Assembly (NCBI GenBank): GCA_030704615.1
Contig: CM060732.1
Span: forward strand, 23,312,001 to 23,376,000
Source of the DNA: Takakia lepidozioides
Taxonomy: Eukaryota > Plantae > Bryophyta
Reading direction: 5' to 3'
DNA: 64,000 bases
The position numbers were made by a program, and so were the translations under genes. Below the pieces are notes generated by a model. It did not search any database. It was not told where the DNA came from and worked only from the letters and a program-made list of their open reading frames with translations. Below are positions 13,571 to 27,300 of the stretch, one piece after another (the first letter of the stretch is position 1; the number at the start of each line of letters is the position of its first letter).

Positions 13571-15587
13571 CTGGCCCCAGAGTCGCAGAGGTACATGGCA
13601 TCCAGGCTGCATTTCTGCACAGGTCTCTGGCTTTGCTGCATAGTGAATTATGGATGCATTTCCTCCCACAGAACTGATTGTTTCAAAGATCAAACCCCTA
13701 AAATGTTGCTCTCCACTCCAACAACCAGCACCAAAGTGCATCTTTCAAAAACTCCATATACTCCATACATCAAAACCATACCAACTACTGCAAATCCACC
13801 TTCCATTCACTTTCATCAAGCATGGTTTCAGACAATCTTACTGTTGGAACGTCGGCAACCAGGAATGCAACCTGCTCATGCATATAATGACCCTAGCAAA
13901 TCACCTAAGCCAAAATAAACAGGAAGGTAAGAATGTAGAATCAGAACGAGGAAGGACAGAACTTGCAGATAGCACAGCTTAATTATTCCTCAATACAAGT
14001 TTACCGACCCAAGCAGATAAAGCTGAAGTAAGGTGGTGTGGTAACACGGCATCACAATGGACCATGTGTGTAAAGCTCTAAGCTTTGGATGGTCAAAACA
14101 ATGATATAGGAGTTATTGACCTCTTGCTTTGATCGAAAATCCTCCAACTTGTCACTCACAGTTACTTCTGTCAACTTCTCCTCCTCCCTGCAATTGCGAG
14201 TAATACACAAAATAATTAAAACCAGGCAAATTTATTAGAGTAGGTCTCACTGAAGCAGGCCCGCCAGCCTGTGGACTCTCAGGGGCAACATGTGAGTATG
14301 AAAATGCCTTCCTGGAGTCCCCAGGAGGTTCTGACACTGCAAGCTAAGTAACATCATTAATCCTTGACCATTGGCCTCAGTGAGTACATACAGTCACAGA
14401 AGAAGCCATCCATAATGGCTACAGCTTAACCTTAATTCATTTGTATAACCTCCCTCAAAAGATTAGAGCAAAATAAGTGAGGAAGTCACGCACAAACGCT
14501 TCCATTTGACAGAACCATTGACGTCTGGAAAATAGCCTGCTGCTCCATACAAGTCCTGCATCTGTACAGTACATCAACTCAATACCAATCCTTAACTTCT
14601 CTGACTTCTCCACAATATCAAATTTACTCCAAAATAAGGTTCAAGTATCATAGGAAACAAGGGAAACTGATTGGCACAGTATTATTAAGGTGAGGATATG
14701 CAGCATCCACATCTACTAAATCTAGTTCTAGTCTGGAGGCACTCCATCCCCCCATTTAATTACCACAGCATTACAATAATCTTAGGAAGCCAAGGGTCTA
14801 AGGGGACATCAGCGGACGCATATATGCAAACCAGAACAAATGGATACCTGGGTGTCAAGCCAAGCAAGATAAGAAACAACAGCTGCTCTATCAGGAATGT
14901 GTGCTTTCCTCAAACCCTCTAGCTCCATCTGGATGCTGTACTACAACCGTCCACTAGTTAAAGTTTACCAGCTCACATGGCTGTCAGCACAGACTCACAG
15001 TGGACATATTCACATGACTGTCCAGTTAAAAACAGGGAATATCCCCTAGTAGCTCATGCACACTCAAAAACCCACAGGGTTTGTAACAAAGAAACAGAGT
15101 CCTGAAAAGTGCATTTAGCCAAACAGAGTATACTACCTGAATGTGCCTGGCAGAATCAATAAGGGAGAAAGGTAGGTGGTTATAATCCCATATTAGAAAC
15201 TGATATCAAACCTTACCATAACAAAGCATCTGGCAGTGCCTCTATATCTTCGAAGTGATTTACTGAATGCAGGGCAGCCACGAACTGACATGTTTGTCCT
15301 AGCCATTGTTCCTTGTCTTATTATTGATCCGGATGTATCATGATGGGTGCGAAGGAATGAGCAGAAGCCTTCACAAAATACGAGACCATACAGCTCACAT
15401 GACAATTAGGTCGATCGTGGAAGGCACATCTCAGCAATTGGCCACAAGAAAATGAAATTTACCTTCAAAGCTTTTGCAAGTGCAAGGGGTGACTGCTGCA
15501 GCAAGACTCGATCAACTGGAAGATGAGAGTAGACAACATAACTGCATGTGCCTGGGTCAATCCATATCAATGTTTCCCTGTCTATAT
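13571..15587 (-). pseudogene. Xaa-Pro aminopeptidase P (M24B) pseudogene fragment, 5 internal exons
   Basis: Exons 15587-15463 (LIWIDPGTCSYVVYSHLPVDRVLLQQSPLALAKALK), 14935-14848 (ELEGLRKAHIPDRAAVVSYLAWLDTQ, one extra base), 14561-~14490 (MQDLYGAAGYF), 14186-14121 (KLTEVTVSDKLEDFRSKQE) and 13705-13571 (HFRGLIFETISSVGGNASIIHY..AMYLCDSGA, frameshifted, acceptor reads AA). Collinear with plant aminopeptidase P; both ends missing. Confidence 0.88.
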
Positions 15588-15694
15588 CTGCAACATCATC
15601 AACAGAAGCAATGACAATACCTTCCCCATTGTCGTCGTGTCCTCCAAACTTCCATCACGCTGCTCAGATCCTGACAAGGGTCAATACTTAGTTC

Positions 15695-15872
15695 TCATTT
15701 GGTCTGGAACTAATAAACTTACCCTAAGAAAAAAAAATTGCATGCGTTCCAAAATGGATGTGACAATGGATGACAACCATCCAACAAAAACATTGGTCCT
15801 CAAAAAGTTGGTCCTATGACAAGCGGGAGAAACCAATTGCGGAGTCTTTGCCTGAGGGCAGGGCCAACAAAA
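15695..15872. repeat. ~180-bp dispersed repeat, copy 1
   Basis: Shares ctcatttggtctggaactaa ... tccaaaatggatgtgacaatggatgacaaccatccaacaaaaacattggtcc ... gagggcagggccaacaaaa with 23716-23900. Confidence 0.85.
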
Positions 15873-15959
15873 CCATGGCGAGCTTTCCAAACCATCTCTG
15901 AGCTTATTGCCCAGCCTTCCGGGCCTCTCGGCCACAACACCTAAATCAATGGCAGATTT

Positions 15960-17745
15960 TGCAGCTTTTCCGTAGTGACATAAACTCCTTAGACCCTTCT
16001 CATGAGCAAACCGCCTGTTTATTACACACTCCTACTATACTTTCTCAGCAGTATGGCTCACAACTTGAGGGGGACTTCTCAGATTTAGAACTAGGGGAGG
16101 CCCTATCTAAGCTGCAAAATAACAAATCACTTGGTATGGATGGTGTATCAGTTGAGGTGGCCAGACATTTAAGGGGATTTCATAGCCATGGCCAATCACT
16201 TGTTTCATCGGGGACACATGCCCCCACTGATGTCTCAGGGGGTGATTACCTTGCTATACAAAAAATGGGATAGAACAAACATTTCCAATTACCGCCCTAT
16301 AACCTTACTAAACGTAGCTCATAAAATCATAGCAAAGGCTCTGGCCCTTAGGCTTCAACCTCTCCGTCCATCCATCCTAACCAAACAGGATTTATCAAGG
16401 GCAGATGTATACTGGATAATCTCCTCCTCGCATAGGAAATCCCAGACTATGACTCAAGGACCAATCAAGCCATAGCCCTTTTTCTTTTGGATTTTGAAAA
16501 GGCTTTCGATCGTGTAGAATGGCCTTACGTGCTTGCGGCTCTGGCAAAACTTGGCTTCCCCCGTCCTTTTGCAAATGGGTTAGGATACTTCTTACCTCTT
16601 CACCTAGCAGGGTCACTGTAAATGGCCATTTATCTACCTCCTTCCCTCTTCAGCGGTCTGTACGGCAGGGTGCCCCTCTCACCCGTTCTGTTTCTAGTGG
16701 TGGCGGATACCTTGGGACATCATATGGGGGGCAGAAGGCTCATCTCAGAACAAAAGACCACACGTAGCCTGGGTTCAGATCTGTTTACCAAAGAAAAAAA
16801 GTGGGTTGGGGGTACTGGACCCCGAAATCCAAATAGTGGTCATCCTGGGGAAATGGATACCCCGTTTTCTTGGACCAGAGGGGGGATGCTGGAAATTCTT
16901 GGTCTATGACCACATTGTGAATTCCTCTCCCCTCAAAAACACCCCATGGACCCCCTCCCTGTGCTGGATCATACAAGGCTTTAACCTTAAAACTGTGGGC
17001 TCCTCTCTATGGTCAAATATCTGGTTGGCATGGGGACAGCTCAGGAAAATTCTCACAAAAGCCCAGCCAAGTGACTTCCACGAAATAAAAAGACAACATC
17101 TGTTTCTCAACACCATACCTCTAACCACATCTCAAAAAAACCAAGCCAAGAGATGGTCCCATTGGCACTGCCTCGGAATCAGACAGATGCACAACATTTG
17201 GTCGGGAGATAGTCTTAGATCTGAGGAATCGGTGGCTCAATCGGTGGGGATGGCCCGGGCCTCCAAAGGCTATAAGGAAATAACTCAAGCAATCCTTGCA
17301 CAGTGGCTGACTACCCTTACTGATGGTCCTCCCCAACCAACTTCCAACTCTTGGGGCCTTGTCATATTGCAAAATCAGCTTACCATTCTGTTTTTAGATG
17401 ATATCACCTTGAATGATATGTCAGTCTATACCTTTTCCATTGACACTATCTCACTTAGGCTTACACTTACCTCTCCAAACCATGTGCGTATAAATCTCAT
17501 GACTCTTACTCCAGTGAGAATCTACTGTTGGACGTCCCCTGATAGAGCTATGGATCCCCAGCCACCCCTCACCATCACAACTAGGGCATGGCTTATTTCC
17601 AACTCCTTCGTGTGGATTCTAGGTAGACCTCTTGCGGAAATGGACATTGATCCCCATGAATGGTCGTGGAAATTCAACAATGCTCTAGAGCCTTTCTTTG
17701 CTTACACAACTAAGAAGGGCTACGGAGCCCTATCAGTCTCTCAAC
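15960..17745 (+). mobile_element. Degenerate L1/Tx1-like LINE ORF2 (partial RT), internally deleted
   Basis: Across frames: KSLGMDG, ITLLYKK..NYRPITLLNVAHKIIAKALALRL, QTGFIKGR, LDFEKAFDRV, RSVRQG.PLSPVLF. It then jumps to the post-RT GLGVLD region with YADD missing. Cut at 17745 by a hAT end. Confidence 0.88.
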
Positions 17746-20363
17746 CAGTGTTGGGCGGTTCTTAGCTTTTTCTAATATCCGCCGGGTCCGGATAGTTGCC
17801 AAATTAAAGAGGGATACATCCGGCGGATCCGGATATTAACAAAATCTGAATGTTTAATATCCGCCGATTATGCATAATAATGTTTTTCAAAAATCTGTCG
17901 GATATAAATAAATCCGGATATTCAGATTATAATATCCGGCGGTTGTAGAGTGGTCCGGATATGGAATCCGGATATAGGTAATATGATATTAATAATTTTA
18001 AATTATTCAATAGATTAAATATTTTAAAAACTAATAAAATTAAATAGCAAGTTAATTCAGACCAATGGTTGAATAACCTAAGTTTTGTTTCTTTTTAGAA
18101 AAAGGAGGAAGCCCTATATATCATTTTCAAAATAAACCATGAAAAATGAACCATGAAAAAGACCATTTGCCATATGCCATACATTGAGCAAACTTCTTGA
18201 ATTGTTCCACATGCTAACTATGACTTACCCTTTGAAAAATGTAATACGAGAGTTGAAAAGGAAAGAGCTAAAGCAAGAGCTTGAGCTTGAAAGAACTCAA
18301 ACTACCTCCACAAAGTAACCAACAATGTCATTTAAAGCAGAAAACAAGTAAGCAAGAAGAAATTGTTCCACCGTCATTTTGGCTATCTATAAAGCATTGT
18401 GACTAACACTTTGCTTCTGGAAATGTAAGAAAATTATAGCTGAATGGAATTATCATCTTCAAAAATCAGAGATGCCTCAAATTCATCTTCCAACTCTTCA
18501 ATCAATCGTGCCTCGGATTCCTAAAAATCATCATAAGCTTTGCAACCCTCTCTTGCATCACTAGGCCAGTTCTTCTCCATAAGCAATAACTTGTCCAAAT
18601 TATCGGTATCAAGGCGACATCATCTCAGTGAAGTGAGCACCCCAGCAATGGAAAACAACCTCTCCGTCTCAATTTGGCTACCAACTATGCCAAGAATTTG
18701 ACGAGCCAAGAAACCAACCGTGGAAAACTTGGATTCATACCTCTTCCACCATTGCAATGGATCATTGCATTGTTCCCCTTTAATTGTCATGTGCCGGAAG
18801 AGAAACAATTCTCTTTTGACCAATTCCAGAATTGTCTCTGCCTCACTAGCACCAGCTCCAAATAAGTTATCAGCAGTCTCTATGTCCTCATGGTTATAGC
18901 CAACCCCCATAGAAAACGCGGGGTTCAAGTGACGATAAGAAGCAAGCAACAATGGAATCAAAGTTTTGGAATCATACTCCTCCACAATCTTCAATGTTGC
19001 TTGCCTACCAAGACTTGACAAGAGTGCCAAGATACGGAGTTACACGAATTAAGCAAGAAAACAAGAGGGTTGTTGCAGTCAAACCTCTTCCAGTGGCTAT
19101 AAAATGACTGAATTTTTTTCCAGATATGTTTAGCAAAGGAACAGGAGACAAATCAATGCTCCAAAGATTTTGCCGACAGGTCATAACACGAAAGACAGAG
19201 GTTTATGAGGAGAAGGTTGGGAAGAGGAGAATGGAAGGATTTTGTTGCAGAGTTTCCATAGGAGAGCCGAAATCTTAACTGTCTTTTGTTTAAGCTAGAC
19301 ATTAGCCCAAAATGTAACGGCCTATGCCATTGGCCCATGTGTGAAGAATTGTAATCTAAGCCCAAGTGCAATATCTTATGTATCCATGTGCATCTCCCAT
19401 GTAGAGGCCCAAGTGCGACCTTCATTGTCCAATGTCACCTAAGCCCAAGTGCAATCCCAAAGCCCACTTTGCTATTTTTGCAATCTCCCCTGTCGAGCTT
19501 CATATATTGATATATCCACTTTGCTATTTTTCGCAAATTCCAGCCACCAAAAGTACTTGAAATTCCAAATCTCCAACGTGAAGGGCTAATCACTACTCCA
19601 GGAAAGCCCACTTTGCTATTTTTCCAGAATTTCCAATGACCAAAAGTACTCAAAATTCTACATCTCCCACACCGCAGGTCCAAAAATGATGGCACCCCTC
19701 CTCATCGAGGGCTTTCCAATGCAACGACATCAAGCTACTATCTGTCCTGATCATTCGGAATTGCTTTATAATCACGGTGACGCAAACATACACAAGATCC
19801 ATCACTATAGTTGAGAAGAACAACACTAAGGGATTTTGGGACCTGGGTTATCACCTTTCAGTCTCAAGGAAAAAGGAACTTGGAGGTGCATTAGGTTAGC
19901 TTATGCTAATATAAGCCACCTGCCACGTGTGCTGCCAAGTGTCTCCTGTTCCCTGTTCCCAATTCATGTTCCCGGTTTATGTTCCTAGTTCCATTAGTCT
20001 ACGACAGGCTTTTGTTGCTGCGAGAGATGGGCTGAATCTCACATGCGTTGGGCGAAGATTCAAGAGATCTGACCTTAGTGTCTTTTTAAGGAACCCTGGT
20101 GCCGGTATTTTTTTTGGAGCCTAGTCCAGGTCGGGATCCGCGTTTTTGAAATTGGAAAATCCGGGTTCGGGTTGGGATAGTTGCTGGAAAAATTTTACGG
20201 GTTCGGATCCAGGTCCTAATAATTTGATTAAATAAATTAGAAATATGAGATTAATTAGAGATAAGTTTTTTGTCACATTTAAATAAATATCAGATAAATG
20301 TCATATTTTAATTTTAAAAACAAGTTTTACATTTATTTATTAAAATTAAAACCCGATATTCAG
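17746..20363 (-). mobile_element. Defective hAT DNA transposon
   Basis: Terminus CAGTGTTG at 17746 followed by many ATCCGG/CCGGAT subterminal repeats, with related repeats at 20120-20360. Transposase C-terminal dimerisation remnant ~18436-19150 (DPLQWWKRYESKFSTVGFLARQILGIVGSQIETERLFSIAG). Second TIR not found. Confidence 0.82.
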
Positions 20364-21649
20364 GAAGACACCAAGCCAGACGGGACCAACAACTGGTGCT
20401 CTGTGCGGAGCACTGCGACTCAGCTCTCTGACGACACGACGCGCGGGTGGAAGTTCTTCCACCCCACCAATGCAGCGAAGCGCATGTCTGCACCCAATCA
20501 TGACCTTCACCGGCCTGCTGCGATGGATATGATTACTAGTAGAAGGTGCCATAACTGGCTCTATGCGACGATGCGCACCCAAGCATCTGCTTACCACAAT
20601 TTCTGGCCCACTCTGACGATCTGTGCTCGCAAGAACAAGCTTGGTTTGATCTCGAAGCCCTCACCCTACAGCGGCGGCACAAGGGCTACTTCTAAGTGTT
20701 TCAAACGATGGGCGGCCACTGGCCTTCGCGACGATTGCATGCCCCAAAGGTCTCGCACTTCACCCGGCTTCACCCCCAGTGGAGGACATAGTGCTGGCAT
20801 ATTCGAACTACTACTTATCTGCAAGCGACCTTCCTCCCTGCTGCTTCTCACTCTCGCTCACTGCTCTTTTGTCCGTCGCAAAACGATCTACTGTGTAAAG
20901 GCGCTTCTTTTCAACCTTTTTTGGAGTCTTTGGAGTGTTACGAACCCCTTCAAGTTCACCAAGACCTCGGCCGTATACAAGCCTACAGGAAGGGCCCCCT
21001 CAGCGCTCTCTCTCTTGGCACCCAGGGTCACAGCAATGCGTTATCCCACGACAAGGTGCCTCGGCGAAAGTTCTTTTGGAGCTTTCTGCTCAACTCAATC
21101 TTCTTCTTACCTCTTTCGACTTTGGCTGCTTACAAGCATGCGGAACACAAGAAGAAATCTTCCAAGGCGACCCATGCTGCACTCGCAAGACATTCTACAC
21201 AATCTGATAAGATCTCCTCTCTCATCTCTCCATTTTTCTGGCTCTTTTTCTTTGGTTTGATGCTCCCGGTCGATACCGCTCTGGCCATCTCCCCCCTTGG
21301 GGCTACATCCACCCACTACCTTTGCATCAACGTGCTATTCCCCACGAGCTGGAAATTCATAACCTCTCATACCTCGGGCTTCCGAGGGATGCATTTAAAC
21401 ACAGCTCAACGTCATGGCAAGAAAGTTGGCAATGGTGGGAGCCCTCTCTGGCTCGCTATCTATGGAGGAATTGCAGAACTGACGCAAAAACTTTCAGTTA
21501 TCAAGGCTCCAGTATTATGTTCTCAATTGTATGTCCTGGGTCTGACTCGTCTGACTCTCCCAGGCTCAATGCAAGGCACTCTGTCTCAAGTATGCACGTC
21601 AAGACTACCCTCCTATACTGGCAATTCGACCGCCACCCCCTGCCCCTAC

Positions 21650-23555
21650 CAAATGTCATTCTGAACAATACACCCGTGCACATGTATGCAAAATGTGAGT
21701 GCATCGAGGATGCAAAGAGCGTGCTCCACAGTATGGCTGAACGAGATGTGTTGTCGTGGAGTGCGATGATTGCAGGATATTCCACCTCCACCATGACCAC
21801 AGCCTCCGAAAGAGGACCAAGAGAGGGAGTCTACCATACTTCTGGCACTTCTGGGCATGTGAGGACACTATGTGAGGCAGGGCAGCTGAAAGAGGCTCTA
21901 CAGATTTTGAGCGAAGGAGGCATTTCTGCAGATTCACTACTTATGTTTATCTCTTGCATAAGTGCATCAAGATGCAAGGCCTTGAAGCTGGAAATCATGT
22001 GCACTCTCACATTATCCAAACTGGATTCAATCCCAACGTTTTTCTGCTCACCACCCTGGTCAACATGTATGTTAAATACGGGAGTATCATGGATGCACAC
22101 CAAGCCTTCAAAACAATGCCTGAACGAGATCTGGTTATGTGGAACATAATAATGGCAAGATTTACCAAGCATGGATGTGGTAAAAATGCTTTGGAGACAT
22201 ATAGGCAGATGATACGGGCAGGGGTGAAGCCCAACCACATCACGTTTGTATGCCTTTGCAATGCATGTGCAAAGCCTGGCAGCCCTGGAAAAGCGCAAAG
22301 ATGTGCATGTTGACATCATCAAAGCTGGAGTTGTACCAAATGTCATTCTGAACACTGCCCTGGCAGCTCTGGAAAAGGGCAAAGAGGTCCATGGCGACAT
22401 CGTCAGAGCTGGAATTGTACCAACTGTTATTCTGAACTATACCCTGGTGATCATGTATGCGAAATGTGGGTGCATCAAGGAGGCAAAGGGAGGGTTTGAC
22501 ACTATGGCTGAACGAGATGCGGTGTCGTGGAATGTGATGCTTGCAGGGTATCCATGGCTTGGACGTGGTGTGGAGGCTTTGGAGACCTATGACCAATTGA
22601 CAGGGAAAGGGGTGAAACCCTACCACAGCACGTTTGTGTGCATATGCAATGTGTGTGCAAGCCTAGCAGCTCTCGGAAAGGACAAAGAGGTCCATGGTGA
22701 CATTGTCAGAGCTGGAATCGTGCCAAATGTCATTCTGAACCATACCCCCGTGGACATGTATGCAAAATGTGGGTGCATGAAGGATGCAAAGATCGTGCTC
22801 GACAGTATGGCTGAACGAGATGTGATGTCGTGGAGTGCGCCCTACCACAACACGTTTGTGTGCATTTGCAATGTGTATGCAAGCCTGGCAGCTCTAGAAA
22901 AGAATAAAGAGGTCCAAGGCGACATTGTCAGAGATGAAATTGTACCAAATGTCATTCTGAACACTTGCTTCAAGCTGACCCCACGCCTCGCCAGTGCAGC
23001 TCACAACCTGCAGACACTCTACCTGCTGATCAGGCCTCTCATCTCAAATACCACAGCGCAACCTGCTGCAATCATGGAGAAGCTGCAGCTCGCATACTCC
23101 CCCAGGCTTCCTTGGTACAGTAAGGCACACACACTCAGTACCTGCAATGATAGTTTGAAATGTTGGGAGTCCCCGTACAGCAACAATACCCCTGTTGGCG
23201 ATAAGGCCCGTGTGGACAGGTAGCAGTTCTTTCTGTATCTGCGCACCCTTTTCAAAATGGCAAATCAGCAAAGCCAAGCCTTATCAATGTGGGAAAAGAA
23301 TCTGAAACAGGTCATGGGCAGTCGTGCCCAACTGAAAGAACCCCAATTGAACGCATGTGCAAACCTGGCAGACCTGGAAAAACGCAAACATGTGCATGTC
23401 GACATCTTCAAAGCTGGAGTTGTACCAAATGCCATTCTGAACACTGCCCTGACAGCTCTGGAAGAGGGCAAAGAGGTCCATGGCAACATCGTCAGAGCTG
23501 GAATTGTACCAACTGTCATTCTGAACAATACCCTGGTGGACATGTATGCAAAATA
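21650..23555 (+). pseudogene. Scrambled PLS-class PPR pseudogene
   Basis: Repeated P-L-S motifs (NTLVDMYAKCGC..A...F..MAERD.VSW..M.AGY; KPNHITFVC.CNACASLAALEKGKEVH) with frameshifts and fused half-motifs. A non-PPR insert lies at ~22966-23348. No E/DYW domain seen. Confidence 0.9.
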
Positions 23556-23715
23556 TTCACTTCCAAATCCTCATCAATGATGTAAACCTGTACAACTTTA
23601 TTTACAGGAAACATGAGGTATTTGAACATATGAGAGAAAAACCCCAAAACCTGGGAAAGAACAAGGGAGGGAGGAAAGGGCAGCAAGCTAAACTAAACTA
23701 TTCAAAATTATCAGT

Positions 23716-23900
23716 CCTCATTTGGTCTGGAACTAAACTAGGTACCCTAAAAATAAATCACTTCATGGCACGGTCCAAAATGGATGTGACAATGGATGAC
23801 AACCATCCAACAAAAACATTGGTCCCTCAAAAAGTTGGTCCCCTGATAAGTGGGAGAAGCCACTTGCATAGTCTCTGCCCGAGGGCAGGGCCAACAAAAA
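23716..23900. repeat. ~180-bp dispersed repeat, copy 2
   Basis: Direct-orientation diverged copy of 15695-15872. Confidence 0.85.
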
Positions 23901-24133
23901 CCCGGACCCTGACCCGGTATACTGCCCCACTGAACCTAACAGGCGGGTCCGGGGCCGGGTTCATTTCAGAAATGAACTCGGGTCAGGGTTGGGGGTGTTT
24001 TGTGATTAGAGGGGTCCGGGGCAGGTTTTGACGTTTTGACCCCGGGTACCCGGCGGGTAACCCGGAACCGGAGGGTTACCCGGACCCGGATCCGCCGGGT
24101 AGCCGGGGTCACACCCGGACCCGCACAACATTG
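23900..24133. mobile_element. hAT-type terminus with ACCCGG subterminal repeats, just upstream of RCE1
   Basis: Dense ACCCGG/CCGGGT motifs ending at caacattg (minus strand CAATGTTGTGCGGGTC, similar to the hAT end CAGTGTTGGGCGGTTC at 17746). Confidence 0.6.
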
Positions 24134-24301
24134 GTATATCTGACCTCGCTCCTTGTCAATGTCTCGCAATGAAATTCTGTGTGTCCACAGGCATCCGTGT
24201 GCTCGGCATTGAAGCACAGAAATGCTTGGAAGCCACTGCATTGCTGTGAAAGCGAAGTGGGTTCTCACAATCGCACCGCTCCTCTGTCCTGGGGCCCCGC
24301 C

Positions 24302-27300
24302 ATGACTATGACTGCCCCCCTCTGCTTCTCGAAGGGCCTGGCTGTTGCCGCGTCTGCTGCAATGGCGCTTCTGTATGTGGGTTTGCTGTATGTTCCCCCC
24401 CTGGTGCTGAGGTTGGCTCCACCACGATCCATTACCGAGCACCTGCTTCGCCGCTTCGCTTTCTCAGCTATTGCATCCATCCTCGCATCTGTCGCTTGCG
24501 TCTCGCTCCTCACTGTAAGACATCCTCCTTTCTTTTTTGTCCAGTCCTTACGCTTTCTCTCCTTCTCCTTTCTAGACACACTGTGCAACTGGTTTGGAAT
24601 CACATTGTGTTTATCACCGTGATATCCATACCAGTCTGAACATGAAACACTCTCCCTGTAGTAACCGGATTTCACGAGTGCTGTGGCATTGCTGAGTCGG
24701 ATTTCCATTTGACTTCACATCATAATTAACTAACGTCCGCACGGAATGGTCGATGGATTTTGCAATCTGAAAAATGTGATGGCTACGATTGTGCTGGGGA
24801 TAATCAGTGGCTGGACGTTCTCTCTCACACTCACACGGAAATGTCACTTTCGACACCGCTACATGTGTGGGCATTTTGAAATTGTTGCTTCTTTTCTCCC
24901 TGTCCCATAAGCTCTTTGAGCTTTCCGCGGACGGTATAAAGTACCATTTCATTTCATTTCCCTCTGGCCCGTATAGATTTTTGTGCGTTGAGTTAAAGGA
25001 ATTAAAGTAACAGGCCACGAGGCATGCAATCAATTGGAAATTCAACAGGGCCTTGGTTCTGCTGGGACAGAACAAGATTTTGGGCACCTTCTGCAATAGC
25101 CTTGAATTGTTGCAACCAAACATTAAACCATTTGATGTCAATGTACCAGTCTTCTCAGGGAGAAGAACACCGGAGTTCAGGAGCGGGAGAGTTACTGAAG
25201 ATATTTGGTATTCGGCCGGACCATGTGGTATGTTGCCGGATGCTGACCCTTGGTCTTGACCGATCTGTTCTTTTCTAGATTTTGACACTTCAAACTGTAA
25301 GTGGACCTCAAAGGTCTCTCCAATTGGTTGTTGAGGCCCTCCTTTTCTCAATCATCTCATCCCCCATGGAGGGCACAGAGTGTCGAGCAATCACTCGCTA
25401 TTGAAAGCAGAAGAGGCCAACAAACATTATTGGATACTTCTGAACTCCCAGTAGTGGTGTCAAGTTTCTCAAGGTCGAACATGGATCCATGGCAAATGGT
25501 GTAACAAACTTCGACCTTTGTCACGGAAGACTAATCCATAGTCCATCCTTGAAAAGAGAGAGAAGCGAGGTGCCCACGGGAAAAATGGCGGCAAGGCACT
25601 GGAGGAGTTGCGGATGGTTTGCTGCTTCTTGATGAAAAATTTGACTTGCATAAAATGATTCAGGGTTGATTTATTGAAGGAAAGGATTGTGCCAAGTCCA
25701 TCACTAATTTATGCATGGTGGAACTCAAATAACTGGACTCTTTCTGCATCCGGAATGTAACAAAGAGCTAGTCAGAGAACAGGCTGGGTAGGCTTGACAA
25801 GCTTTATTCAAGGTGGGTACATTTTCACCTTATTTTCTACCCAAAAGTGTCTTACACTTCTTGGGCCGCAGGGAGCCCCCAGAGATGATATACCCAAACT
25901 TTCATCTGCCTTATAAGCATTTATGCAGCCGTTGATAAGATGCAACATCAACTGTTTCGGTGCCGTTACTAGTTGTAGGACTAACAATGGCATGTTACCT
26001 TTACTTCCACGTGACAGAAGATTCAAGCAATCATTCTAAGTGATGAGGACCATGTTCATCTCTCTTTTTCTCTCGCTTTCTCTCTTGCTCAGTGGCAGGC
26101 AATTCTGTTTCCCCTGCTCTTGACTACCCTGCTGTATCTCGGCCCCCTGGTTATGGCAGCTTTGGAGTGCCCGCCATCCAACTATGTCGGTAAACAAGCT
26201 GGGGGGTCTGTGAGACGTGCGTACACTAAGCTGGTCGATGGCATCAGCCTTGTGGCCTTTGATATATTGGCCTGGCGCAACTTTTTGGTGGTTAGTATCC
26301 CTTTGTGTGTCTCATTTCCTCCCTATCTGCTGTGCTTTCAGCTTCCATTTCCCAATATGGTGTATATTTTGTTTTCGGCCCTAGATTTTTTTGGGTGGTC
26401 AAATGTGGTTGCAGTGTGTGTATTGGTACCCATAGGGGCATCTCGTATGTTTCACTTGCATGCATTGTAGGCTGTGGCTGATTCGCTATAGTCCTTCATG
26501 ATTTCTTCCCTCTTTGATTTGGAAGTGTTGCATCTTATATCAGCCTGAGTGGATTCTTGTGCTTATTACTGTGAATTGAGCCATAGTTTTTGGTCTTGCC
26601 TATTCTGTCTGGGGAAACCGCCTTTCAGATTAGCATGGTTGTGGATTGTTCGATTTGTTCGTCATTTCAATTAGCAAGTTGGGGGAATGTTGTCAGGCGC
26701 CTCTTACGGAAGAGTGGGTGTTCCGAGCATGCATGATACCGTTGCTCCTGTGTGGTGGCTTCTCACCAACGATTGTGGTGTTTGTGTGCCCATTATTCTT
26801 CAGCTTAGGTGAACTCAGGTGACCCCTATAGCATGTGGCACATTTGCTCTCTTGTGTCTCTCTTCCTTCAGAATGAAATATTTTCCTTCTTTCTCTAATA
26901 TATAGAAGAATCCGGCCCAAGCCAGTGTAAATAAGAGCCATCTCCCCTAGCAAGCCAGGATACTGCCCCCGGTCAGGGGTGGGCCCTATTTCTTTCTCTG
27001 GTATTCGCTACTGCTCTTTAACTTGTACATTCAGAAGTTAGCAATGAGTCCTTTGGCCGTGCGTTTTCTTCTCGCAGGGGACCTTTGACTGGCTAGGCAA
27101 CAGCCTGTATGTTTTCAGAGCCAAAGTAGCCAAGCGTTGGCAGATCTGCAGTTGTAATCATGGATGCAATCTAATAGTCGCGGTGTTGTGGCAGCCCACT
27201 TGCATCATTTTTGGGAGTTGGTTTACCAAGAGAAGCACAATAAAGGAAGGGCAGCTCTCATTGTGGGTGCGTTTCTCTCACCCTTAGACAATCACTCAAG

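Noticed and set aside
20298-21664. Overlapping 320-aa and 247-aa ORFs
   Set aside because: No convincing domain; at most faint LINE 3'-end-like words (FWSLW). Left unassigned.
17746-24133. One large hAT element enclosing the PPR locus (ends match 13/16)
   Set aside because: The 8-bp flanks (ctctcaac versus gtatatct) are not a TSD and the subterminal motifs differ; treated as two separate remnants.
24614-25351. 245-aa minus-strand ORF
   Set aside because: Antisense to RCE1 intron 1/exon 2, with no recognisable motifs.
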